This document shows positions 9,242 to 16,705 of a DNA stretch of 64,000 nucleotides, one piece after another. Source of the DNA: Bacillota bacterium (GTDB lineage: Bacteria; Bacillota; Limnochordia; Limnochordales; ZCTH02-B6); the NCBI GenBank assembly GCA_017656145.1, contig JACDOI010000008.1, forward strand, positions 7,389 to 71,388, in the 5' to 3' direction. Below the pieces are notes generated by a model that saw only the letters and a list, made by a program, of their open reading frames with translations, was not told the DNA's origin and did not search any database. Made by a program: the position numbers and the translations under genes. The number at the start of each line of letters is the position of its first letter. The first letter of the stretch is position 1.

Positions 9242-9742
9242 GTGAACGAACCGGCGAACATTCGAATGCCCGAGCAACCGTCGACCACCATCGAAGAAGG
9301 GTCGAGCCGGCAACAAGACCGGAAACAGCGCATGTCCATCATTTTGTTCAGCGGCACCGTGGATAAACTGACCGCGGCCAGCATCCTGGCCACCGGCGGG
9401 GCCGCCATGGACATGCAGGTGAACATTTTCCTGACGTTTTGGGGTTTGCTGGCCCTCAAGAAGGGCGCCTGGAAGGATCCCAATCAGCAAAAGATCTCCG
9501 GTGAGTTCGCCGAGTACGCGCCCATGGTGATGGAGGCGTTTCGGAAAAAGAATGTGAAGCCGTGGATCGAGATGCTCCGGGAGGCCCGGGAGGTCGGCGA
9601 GGTCAACGTGTACGCCTGCGGGATGACGATGGATCTCTTGGGGCTGAGCCTGGAAGACCTGGAAGACATCGTCGACGGCGTGCAAGGCGTGGCCGGCTTT
9701 GTCGCCGAGGCGAGGGAGAGTGATATCACCCTATTCATCTGA
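9242..9742 (+). CDS. DsrE/DsrF-like sulfur-relay family protein (COG2210-type)
   Basis: The core reads MSIILFSGTVDKLTAASILATGGAAMDMQVNIFLTFWGL...VYACGMTMDLLGL, which is typical of DsrE-like proteins encoded next to TusA. The GTG start at 9242 has AGGAGGGA upstream; the track ORF starts earlier, at 9074. Confidence 0.7.
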   Translation: MNEPANIRMPEQPSTTIEEGSSRQQDRKQRMSIILFSGTVDKLTAASILATGGAAMDMQVNIFLTFWGLLALKKGAWKDPNQQKISGEFAEYAPMVMEAFRKKNVKPWIEMLREAREVGEVNVYACGMTMDLLGLSLEDLEDIVDGVQGVAGFVAEARESDITLFI

Positions 9743-9835
9743 CGCCGGGAAACTAGCCCCAACCGGTCGGCAACGCTCGACGGGCCGTTTCGCGGAGCGT
9801 TGCAAAAAATATGCAGCGAAAGGGGAGCAGGAATC

Positions 9836-10075
9836 ATGACGCAGTTTGCGGTGGATCGGGAAATCGACGCCCGGGGCAGCGCCTGCCCGGGACCTCTGAT
9901 GGAGCTGATCCGCGCCATGAAGGCTTCCCGGAAAGGACAGGTAGTGGCCCTTCTGTCCGAGGATCAAGGATCCAAGGTTGATGTCCCCCAGTGGGTGGAA
10001 AAGGCGGGCCACAAGCTTTTGGCCGTAGAGGAAGACGGAAACGTGACCCGCTTCATCGTGCAAAAGGCCCGCTGA
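9836..10075 (+). CDS. tusA: TusA/SirA-family sulfurtransferase
   Basis: 79 aa with the D-A-R-G-x-x-C-P-G-P active-site motif (IDARGSACPGPLMELIRAMK). The ATG at 9836 is preceded by AAAGGGGAG. Confidence 0.8.
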   Translation: MTQFAVDREIDARGSACPGPLMELIRAMKASRKGQVVALLSEDQGSKVDVPQWVEKAGHKLLAVEEDGNVTRFIVQKAR

Positions 10076-10129
10076 AACGACTGGCGCCCGCAAGGAAAAC
10101 GAGCGGGGCTTGAGGAAGGGGGACGCGCC

Positions 10130-11269
10130 GTGCACGACATCGTCATCGCCGGCGGAGGCGTGGGGGGAACCGTAGTCGCCAATCTCCTGGCCGAGGAGCT
10201 GGCTCCCGAAATTTCGCTGGGCAAGGTTCGCATCCGCCTCATCACCGACCGCCCTGAACACGTCTACAAACCGGCCTTTCTTTATCTCGCCTTCGGGCGT
10301 ACGGCCCCGACGGCCTACCGGCGCCCCCAGCGGGAGTTGCTGCACCCCAGGGTGGAACTGGTGGTGGACCCGGTTTTGGCGGTAGATACAAGCCAGCGGC
10401 GGGTCATTGGCGACAGCGGGCAGGCGTACGCCTACAGCCGCCTCGTCCTGGCCCCCGGAGCTCAGGTGGTGCCGGAACGAACCCCTGGACTGGCGGAGGC
10501 CGGGGAACAGTTCTACACCGAGGAAGGTGCCGCACGGCTTTACCGGCGATTGGAAGGTTTCACCGGAGGCAGTGTGGTTGTCTCGGTCATCGGGGTGCCC
10601 CACATGTGCCCGGTAGCGCCCCTTGAGATGATCTTCATGTTGGACGCCTTCTTCCGCCAGCGGGGCCGCCGGGATCAAGTGGAGCTCATCTACACCTACC
10701 CCATCAACCGGGTCCACAGCAACCCGGCCATCGCGGAGTGGGCGGCTCCTGAACTGGAGTCCCGGGGCATCCGCACGGAAACCTTCTTCAATGTGGAGCG
10801 GATCGACCCGCAACAAAAGGTGATCGAGACGCTGGAGGGCACCTCTTTGCCCTTCGACCTGCTCATTGGCATTCCCGAACACGCCGCCCCGCCGTTTCTG
10901 GAATCCTCCGGCCTTACCGATGCCGGCTGGGTGCCTACTGATCGGCATACCCTGCGGGTCAAAGGACACGAAGGCATATACGCCCTTGGCGATGTGACGG
11001 ATTTGCCGGTGAGCAAGGCCGGCTCGGTGGCCCACTACCAGGCGGCCACCGTCGCGGCCAACCTGGCCGCCGAGGTGCGGGGATTGCCGCCGGCTGCCCG
11101 CTATCAGGGCAAGACGTTTTGCTTCATCGAAACGGGGACGGACCAGGCCACCTTCGTGGAGTTCGACTACGACCATCCTCCCCGGCCGGTACGCCCGTCC
11201 CGGTGGATTCACTGGGCCAAGATGGCCTACAACCAAAGTTATTGGCTGACGGCCAGGGGGGTCATCTAG
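10130..11269 (+). CDS. FAD-dependent pyridine nucleotide-disulfide oxidoreductase, sulfide:quinone oxidoreductase (SQR)-like
   Basis: 379 aa. It has an N-terminal Rossmann motif (IVIAGGGVGGTVVANLL), an HMCPVAPLE motif, a second dinucleotide region (YALGDVTD) and a C-terminal GKTFCFIETG Cys. The sulfur-trafficking context supports the SQR-like call. Confidence 0.65.
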   Translation: MHDIVIAGGGVGGTVVANLLAEELAPEISLGKVRIRLITDRPEHVYKPAFLYLAFGRTAPTAYRRPQRELLHPRVELVVDPVLAVDTSQRRVIGDSGQAYAYSRLVLAPGAQVVPERTPGLAEAGEQFYTEEGAARLYRRLEGFTGGSVVVSVIGVPHMCPVAPLEMIFMLDAFFRQRGRRDQVELIYTYPINRVHSNPAIAEWAAPELESRGIRTETFFNVERIDPQQKVIETLEGTSLPFDLLIGIPEHAAPPFLESSGLTDAGWVPTDRHTLRVKGHEGIYALGDVTDLPVSKAGSVAHYQAATVAANLAAEVRGLPPAARYQGKTFCFIETGTDQATFVEFDYDHPPRPVRPSRWIHWAKMAYNQSYWLTARGVI

Positions 11270-11291
11270 CACGAGAGAGGGTGGGTACATC

Positions 11292-11801
11292 ATGTCCCGG
11301 GAAGACATGCGACGCGACGTCTCGGCCAGCGCTGACGGCTTACCGGCCGAACTTCGTCTGCCGGATGAGGTGGGGCAGGCCCTGGCCGAAAACCAAGAGT
11401 CCCTGGGACGGGCCTTGCGGTTGTTGGGCCGGATGGAGCGGGAGGGCACCCTCGAAGAGCTGGCCGATCTTTTGGCCATCGTCAAGATGGTGAAGGGGGC
11501 GCTCAGCGACGACATGGGGACGGGCGCGGCCCGAAGGCTCGAGAGCCTGGGGTCCCTGGCCGCCGATCCAATTCTCAACGAGCTGGCCAGCCGCCTACCG
11601 GCGGCCTTGCGGGCCGCGGAACGCGAGGCGGCCAACGTGGCCCCGGGTTGGGGCGGGCTGCTAAAGCATCTGCGGGATCCGGCGGTGCGCCGGGGGCTTG
11701 CGTTTTTCCTGGCCTTGGCCCGGCATTTGGCTCCGCAGCCCATGACCAACGGTGCGGCCCAGAACGAATCCCCGCGTTCTCAGCCGTCCCCGGCGACGTG
11801 A
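11292..11801 (+). CDS. DUF1641-family protein (commonly encoded next to SQR/NDH-2-like flavoproteins)
   Basis: 169 aa and helical. The pattern ...GWGGLLKHLRDPAVRRGLAFFLALARHL matches my recollection of the conserved DUF1641 C-terminus. Confidence 0.55.
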   Translation: MSREDMRRDVSASADGLPAELRLPDEVGQALAENQESLGRALRLLGRMEREGTLEELADLLAIVKMVKGALSDDMGTGAARRLESLGSLAADPILNELASRLPAALRAAEREAANVAPGWGGLLKHLRDPAVRRGLAFFLALARHLAPQPMTNGAAQNESPRSQPSPAT

Positions 11802-11893
11802 TCACAACCCAGCCCGCCGCGTGCGGTCGACCACCCGCGCGCCGGCGAGACGGTTGCGCGCCACGCCGCTGCTTGTTCACGGCCGGCTCGACG

Positions 11894-12949
11894 TCAGCGA
11901 ACCGCCAACCCTTGCGCGCCTAGCTCGGGCAGCCCCACATCCTTTAAGGTTTGCAAGAGGGTGAGCCGGCCGTCGCTTTCGATCTGAAACGCGGCGATGG
12001 CGCCTTGGCCGCCGTCCAGGACGTAGAAGTGGCGCCCGTCTTTGCTCACGCCGCTATCGATGGGCCGGGCAGCCTCCCCTTCCAACCTGGCGGCGACGGC
12101 ATCGGCAACCGCAAGAATGCCGTCGGAGGAGATCGCGTAGGAAGTGATCGTGCCGCTGGCGGTGTTCGATGTGAACGCGAAACGCTCATCCGGGGTCGCC
12201 ACTACCCAGCAGGTCGCCTCCTGGGTGCTCGGCACGGAGCTGCTCAGGACAAGCAACGTTCCATCGAGGGTGACGGCATACGACGACAAGGCATTGGCCC
12301 CTGCCTCAGAAACCAGCAGGCGCCCTGTGGAGAGGAACACGGAGCCAAAGGGCCCTGGACCGCTGGATTCGTTGACGGTCGGTTCCGACAAAGTCCCATC
12401 GGTTCGGACGCGGAACAGGCTGACCCGGCTGGTCGTCAGCTCGGACACAGCGAGCAGGCTGCCTTCCGGGCTGAACGCGACGCGCGCCGGTTGGGCGTCG
12501 GCCGTGCTGAGCGAGCGGGTCGACCCGGCAATCGGCGTGAGGTCACCGTCCTTGGCCAGGTGGAAGCCGGTGACGTTGGAAGCGTAACCGTTGGCCTCGT
12601 TGCCGAGGTTGGACACGTAGACCAGGCTGCCGAAGGCGTCGATGCTGTTGGGTTGGGCTCCGCCGGAAGGCACCACATCTACGAGGGTAGGGCGCCCGTC
12701 CAGGGCGATGCGAAAACTGCTGACGGTGTTGCTGCCGGCGTTGACCGCGAAGAGGAACCGGCCGTCGCGGGAAAGGGTCAGCGATCCTTGCGACGCCAGC
12801 GGGTCAACGCCATCCTCGGGTGTCGCCGGCGACACTTCCCGGGTGCCCGTGCCGGCACCGCCTGTGGGGACGGCAGCCACCCGGCTGAGACGGCCGTCTT
12901 TGGCCCGGCGGAACACGATGACCTTGTTTTCCTCAGGATCGTTGGTCAT
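11894..12949 (-). CDS. Beta-propeller lactonase-family protein (7-bladed propeller); start uncertain
   Basis: From MTNDPEENKVIVFRRAKDGRLSRV... onward there are repeated blade-like segments (DG.L......G..P, S..F.v..dG.L). The 5' 158 codons of the track ORF (up to 13423) overlap a decayed gene and look non-coding. No signal peptide is evident. Confidence 0.6.
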   Translation of the reverse strand: MTNDPEENKVIVFRRAKDGRLSRVAAVPTGGAGTGTREVSPATPEDGVDPLASQGSLTLSRDGRFLFAVNAGSNTVSSFRIALDGRPTLVDVVPSGGAQPNSIDAFGSLVYVSNLGNEANGYASNVTGFHLAKDGDLTPIAGSTRSLSTADAQPARVAFSPEGSLLAVSELTTSRVSLFRVRTDGTLSEPTVNESSGPGPFGSVFLSTGRLLVSEAGANALSSYAVTLDGTLLVLSSSVPSTQEATCWVVATPDERFAFTSNTASGTITSYAISSDGILAVADAVAARLEGEAARPIDSGVSKDGRHFYVLDGGQGAIAAFQIESDGRLTLLQTLKDVGLPELGAQGLAVR

Positions 12950-13070
12950 CGCGTACACCGTGCCGCAAAACGCGAGGGACTCCGCGGCCACTTCCGAGCG
13001 CACTGGGATGGGGAACACCCGTTGCGATGGCGGTTTCCCGTGGCCGCTTGACAGGCGAGTCCCGGACCCT

Positions 13071-13752
13071 TCAGACCGCTGAAGGCCAATACCCGTACCC
13101 CTTACCTTCAAGACCGTCACTCCCCCTCGGCCAGTGAGCAACATCGCAACCTCGGCCGAAATTTGCAGTCCCTCTACGGTATGAGCCCACCGGCCGGGCG
13201 GTGCTAGCGTAGGAATCACCTCTACGGAGGGTTCGTACCCACTCATCGATTTCGAGGAACCGCCGCTTTTCTTCGTCATCGAAGGGCGGCTTGAACTGAT
13301 ACCAGTAGAAATAAATCTCCACGTTGGCATAGGTCCAAACGGCAAACAGCTGGTGCTGTCGACCTTCGTGGTAGAACCAGGGTACGAATGAACCCGCGCT
13401 GGCGCCCTGACCCCACCACACACGCAGCCGCTAACACTTCGGCGGGGTTCATCTGCTGGTTCAAGAACTCCACGACTCGGCGCAGTTCCGGCGGGATCTG
13501 ATCCGCCACAAACAACAACCTCAGCCGGCCAACCTGGACGTTTGTGGCGACCCGTTGCCAGAATTCCTCGACCCGCTGCCGGAATTCATCCGGGTCATCC
13601 TCTGATCCAAGAAACTCCTCCATGACTGCATCGACTTGCAATCCTCTCTCTTCGAGCTGGGTCTCGAACCGCGCACGAACAGTGCAATCCGGTAGGCAAG
13701 CTCCCAACAGAGTCAAAGTCTTAGAACGGGCGCGACCGAAATTGCCCGCCAT
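13071..13752 (-). pseudogene. Frameshifted remnant of a hypothetical gene (possible nuclease-like/DUF4268-like family)
   Basis: Frame a (13752..13276) reads ...RLRLLFVADQIPPELRRVVEFLNQQMNPAEVLA. The protein-like continuation appears in frame b (13421..13071): ...SFVPWFYHEGRQHQLFAVWTYANVEIYFYWYQFKPPFDDEEKRRFLEI... Further plausible sequence appears in a third frame. This implies at least one frameshift near 13420-13440. The family assignment rests on memory only. Confidence 0.4.
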
Positions 13753-13829
13753 GGCCGCCGCGCGCTGAAGCGCGACCGCCCCACGGGATACGACATGAAC
13801 CGCCCGATTTGAGAGGTAACCTCACGGTG

Positions 13830-13876
13830 CTCAAAATAGTCAAAGGGCGTCCCGGGCCAAATGCCCGAAACGCCCT
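13830..13876 (-). terminator. Rho-independent terminator of the tRNA cluster
   Basis: The minus strand reads AGGGCGUUUCGGGCAUUUGGCCCGGGACGCCCU followed by UUGACUAUUUU. The outer stem is 7 bp (AGGGCGU/ACGCCCU) and there is additional inner GC pairing. Confidence 0.6.
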
Positions 13877-13884
13877 TCTGACGC

Positions 13885-13960
13885 TGGAGCCCGCAACCGG
13901 ACTTGAACCGGTGGCCTCTTCCTTACCATGGAAGCGCTCTACCGACTGAGCTATGCGGGC
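13885..13960 (-). tRNA. tRNA-Thr (anticodon GGU)
   Basis: The reverse complement is GCCCGCATAGCTCAGTCGGTAGAGCGCTTCCATGGTAAGGAAGAGGCCACCGGTTCAAGTCCGGTTGCGGGCTCCA. It folds by hand into a cloverleaf with anticodon loop AUGGUAA and an encoded CCA. Confidence 0.9.
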
Positions 13961-13996
13961 GCAAGGGCGGCTGCGCTCCATGCGCGCCGCCCGTTC

Positions 13997-14072
<76 letters not shown>

Positions 14073-14077
14073 TCGGT

Positions 14078-14162
<85 letters not shown>

Positions 14163-14211
14163 ACGTATTCGGTTCTCCGCTCTGCCGCGTCCTGCGGCAA
14201 CAGCAACTACG

Positions 14212-14241
14212 ATTTTATCACCCGTTGCTCCGATCCGTCAA
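14212..14241 (-). promoter_or_regulatory. Candidate internal sigma-A promoter inside the tRNA spacer (TTGACG-N18-TAAAAT, TG-extended)
   Basis: The minus strand reads CTTGACGGATCGGAGCAACGGGTGATAAAATCG. It lies about 50 nt upstream of tRNA-Tyr. Confidence 0.45.
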
Positions 14242-14366
14242 GTACAGAGTCGACGATAGGCACGATCGGCTCCGTTCCTTGCGGCAAGCCGGCCGGGCGT
14301 CGCCCGCGGTCGCTGAAGATCCCCCCGGCTCCGGATGCGAACGCTCCACATTCCGGCAATGTACGC

Positions 14367-14442
14367 TGGAGCTGGGGATGGGACTCGAACCCACAACCTG
14401 AGGTTTACAAAACCCCTGCTCTGCCCATTGAGCTACCCCAGC
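14367..14442 (-). tRNA. tRNA-Thr (anticodon UGU)
   Basis: The reverse complement is GCTGGGGTAGCTCAATGGGCAGAGCAGGGGTTTTGTAAACCTCAGGTTGTGGGTTCGAGTCCCATCCCCAGCTCCA. The cloverleaf has anticodon loop UUUGUAA. Confidence 0.9.
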
Positions 14443-14526
14443 CCGCCATGTTCCTCTCTGCGACCCTTCGGCTCCCTTGGGCAGCTGCCGCAATGGGATG
14501 CCGACCAATCCGAGGCCCGCACCTCG

Positions 14527-14555
14527 ATTGTAAACGCCACGGGCAGTTCTGTCCA
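14527..14555 (-). promoter_or_regulatory. Candidate sigma-A promoter for the tRNA cluster (TGGACA-N17-TACAAT)
   Basis: The minus strand reads CTCTGGACAGAACTGCCCGTGGCGTTTACAATCGAGG. It lies about 85 nt upstream of tRNA-Thr(UGU). Confidence 0.5.
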
Positions 14556-14594
14556 GAGCACCGAGGCCGGGGACAACCGGAGCCAAGACCGCTG

Positions 14595-15260
14595 TCAGCG
14601 GCCGTTCTCGCTGTTGCGCTTCTTCTCGAGGTACCGCTCCAGCTTTCGCTTGACTCGCTGCAGGGCGTTGTCAATCGACTTGACGTGACGGCTGAGCTCG
14701 TCCGCGATCTCCTGGTATGATTTGCCTTCGAGATAATACATGAGCACCTTCCACTCGAGTTCGCTCAGGAATTCGCTCATGCGCTTCTCGATGTCCAAAA
14801 ACTCCTCGCGGCTGATGACCAGCTCTTCCGGATCGCTCACCTTGTTGCCGTGGATGACGTCCATCAGCGTCCGGTCGGATTCCTCATCGTAAATGGGCTT
14901 GTTGAGGGAGACGTAGGAATTCAAGGGAATGTGTTTTTGCCGGGTCGCGGTCTTGATGGCGGTGATGATCTGCCGCGTGATACAAAGCTCGGCAAAGGCC
15001 CGAAACGACGCGAGCTTGTCCGACCTGAAGTCGCGGATCGCTTTGTAGAGGCCGATCATGCCCTCTTGGATGATGTCCTCCCGGTCGGCCCCGATCAGGA
15101 AGTAACTGCGGGCCTTGGCCCGCACAAAGTTCCGGTATTTGACGATCAGAAATTCCAGCGCCAGGTGGTCCCCGTTGCGGGCGTACTCTACCACGACCTC
15201 GTCCGCGAGGTCCTCATACGCGTGGTATGAAGGCCGCCCAGCTGTCGCACTCACACACAT
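14595..15260 (-). CDS. sigH: RNA polymerase sigma factor SigH (sigma-30 type)
   Basis: Long stretches are near-identical to B. subtilis SigH as I recall it (KYRNFVRAKARSYFLIGADREDIIQEGMIGLYKAIRDF, FAELCITRQIITAIKTATRQKHIPLNSY, HVKSIDNALQRVKRKLE). The ATG at 15260 has GGAGG 4 nt upstream. The track ORF extends 30 codons further. Confidence 0.92.
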   Translation of the reverse strand: MCVSATAGRPSYHAYEDLADEVVVEYARNGDHLALEFLIVKYRNFVRAKARSYFLIGADREDIIQEGMIGLYKAIRDFRSDKLASFRAFAELCITRQIITAIKTATRQKHIPLNSYVSLNKPIYDEESDRTLMDVIHGNKVSDPEELVISREEFLDIEKRMSEFLSELEWKVLMYYLEGKSYQEIADELSRHVKSIDNALQRVKRKLERYLEKKRNSENGR

Positions 15261-15413
15261 CGCCTCCGCCGGAAGGATAGATGCCGGCCGCCCCCCGGGC
15301 CGCGCGCCTTTTGACCGACCAAGGCGCAGGCAGAGGCCGACGCTCGGCAAACAGACGGCTCAGGCTGGGCGCCCGCAGGCGAGAAGTGTGCTGAAGGATT
15401 GCAATCTAGCGCT

Positions 15414-15442
15414 ATTATAATCGAGCGCGATCGGCAAATCAA
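15414..15442 (-). promoter_or_regulatory. Sigma-A-type promoter upstream of sigH (TTGATT-N17-TATAAT)
   Basis: The minus strand reads GGTTGATTTGCCGATCGCGCTCGATTATAATAGCGC. The -35 hexamer overlaps the rlmB stop codon. It implies a leader of about 150 nt to the sigH ATG. Confidence 0.6.
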
Positions 15443-16266
15443 CCGTTGCGGCCAGTGCGATCCGAGAACCGCCTTTGTCGTGCAATTTCAAACAACACCA
15501 GTGCCCCGGCCACGCCCGCGTTGAGCGAGTTCACCCGCCCCCTCATCGGGATGCTCACGATCACATCGCATAGCTCCCTCGTGAGCCGGCCGAGGCCTTT
15601 CCCTTCGCCGCCAACCACCAGCGCGAGCGGCCCTCGCAGGTCAGCTTCCCAGTACATCGCGTCGCCGTTCATGTCGGCCCCGGCGATCCATAGCCCCCGC
15701 TCTTTGAGCTCGCGGAGGGCTTGTGCCACATTGGCGACTTGAGCTACCGGAACGTACTCCACCGCGCCGGCGGACGTTCGGGCCACGGTCATCGTGAGGC
15801 CCGCGGACCGGCGCCGGGGCACCACTACGCCGTGGGCCCCTGCCCCGTCCGCGGACCGCAAAAGCGATCCGAGGTTGTGCGGGTCCTGCACTTCATCGAG
15901 AACGAGCACGAGTGGGTCCTCGCCGCGGCCGGCCGCGGCCGGAAGAATCGCGTCTAGATCGACGTAGTCCTTAGGCGCCGCGACGGCTATGACCCCTTGA
16001 TGCATGCGGCCGCCGCTCATCCGGTCAAGCCGCCGGCGATCGGCCTCCTGCACGGCGACGCCCCGGCTCTTCGCCAGGCTGAAGATGTCCGCGATGGGCC
16101 TTCCGCCGGCCCCTTTTGCGACCAGCACCCGCTCCACGGGCCGGCCCGCGGCCAGGGCTTCCCGCACCGGGTTGCGCCCGATGATCAGCTCCGCGTCTTG
16201 CTGCGTCCCGGATTGGCGAGAGGCTGCATTCCGAAGACGGGCCTCATCCGCCCGGTTACCGTCCAT
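15439..16266 (-). CDS. rlmB: 23S rRNA (guanosine-2'-O-)-methyltransferase, RlmB/YacO (SpoU/TrmH family)
   Basis: SpoU motifs are present (LVLDEVQDPHNLGSLLRSA, IPMRGRVNSLNAGVAGALVLFE). Its position after mrnC matches the Bacillus order. The ATG at 16266 has AGGAG upstream and overlaps the mrnC end by 11 nt. Confidence 0.85.
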   Translation of the reverse strand: MDGNRADEARLRNAASRQSGTQQDAELIIGRNPVREALAAGRPVERVLVAKGAGGRPIADIFSLAKSRGVAVQEADRRRLDRMSGGRMHQGVIAVAAPKDYVDLDAILPAAAGRGEDPLVLVLDEVQDPHNLGSLLRSADGAGAHGVVVPRRRSAGLTMTVARTSAGAVEYVPVAQVANVAQALRELKERGLWIAGADMNGDAMYWEADLRGPLALVVGGEGKGLGRLTRELCDVIVSIPMRGRVNSLNAGVAGALVLFEIARQRRFSDRTGRNG

Positions 16267-16705
16267 CGCCGCGCTCCTGCCGATCTGCGATGTACAAAAT
16301 TTCCCGCAACCGCTCCGTCTGGCCGGTCCAGTACAAGTATCCCAGCAGGCACTCAAAGCCGGTGCTGTAGCGGTACGCGGCCGGATCGCTTCCCCGGGGG
16401 CCCTTGGGGCTCGCGTTCCGGCCCCGCCGGACGATCTCCCGCTCGGCTTCCGTCAGCTCGTCCTCCACCGAGCGTAACCGGTCGGCCTGAGCGCCGGCCT
16501 GCACCCGCTTGACCGCCAGGTGGTGGATATCGCTCAGTTTTCCGCGCTCCGACTCGACTAGGACCGTGCGAACGTGAAGTTCCCACACTGCATCTCCAAG
16601 ATAAGCAAGGTGCAAGGGCGGCGGGAGCGCGGATTTTGCGCTGGCGTCCCCCGAGCCCTGGCCCAGCCAGGCCCACAACCGCCCGGGCTGTTTCGCATCA
16701 CCCAT
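16256..16705 (-). CDS. mrnC: Mini-ribonuclease 3 (MrnC/YazC)
   Basis: 149 aa with the LAYLGDAVWELHVR RNase III-like signature. It lies immediately after cysS, and its start overlaps the cysS stop. Confidence 0.85.
   Translation of the reverse strand: MGDAKQPGRLWAWLGQGSGDASAKSALPPPLHLAYLGDAVWELHVRTVLVESERGKLSDIHHLAVKRVQAGAQADRLRSVEDELTEAEREIVRRGRNASPKGPRGSDPAAYRYSTGFECLLGYLYWTGQTERLREILYIADRQERGDGR

Noticed and set aside
9731-11749. A 672-aa minus-strand ORF spanning the DsrE-like/TusA/SQR-like/DUF1641 region. Similar long antisense ORFs occur elsewhere, e.g. 81..1532(+), 1548..2642(+), 26286..27191(-), 27741..29198(-), 40868..42607(+), 47033..48271(+), 48557..49780(+), 49401..51008(+) and 61954..63285(+).
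   Set aside because: They lie antisense to genes with clear family motifs. They have Arg/Pro/Gly/Ala-rich low-complexity translations typical of shadow ORFs in high-GC DNA. They lack SD motifs and recognisable domains.
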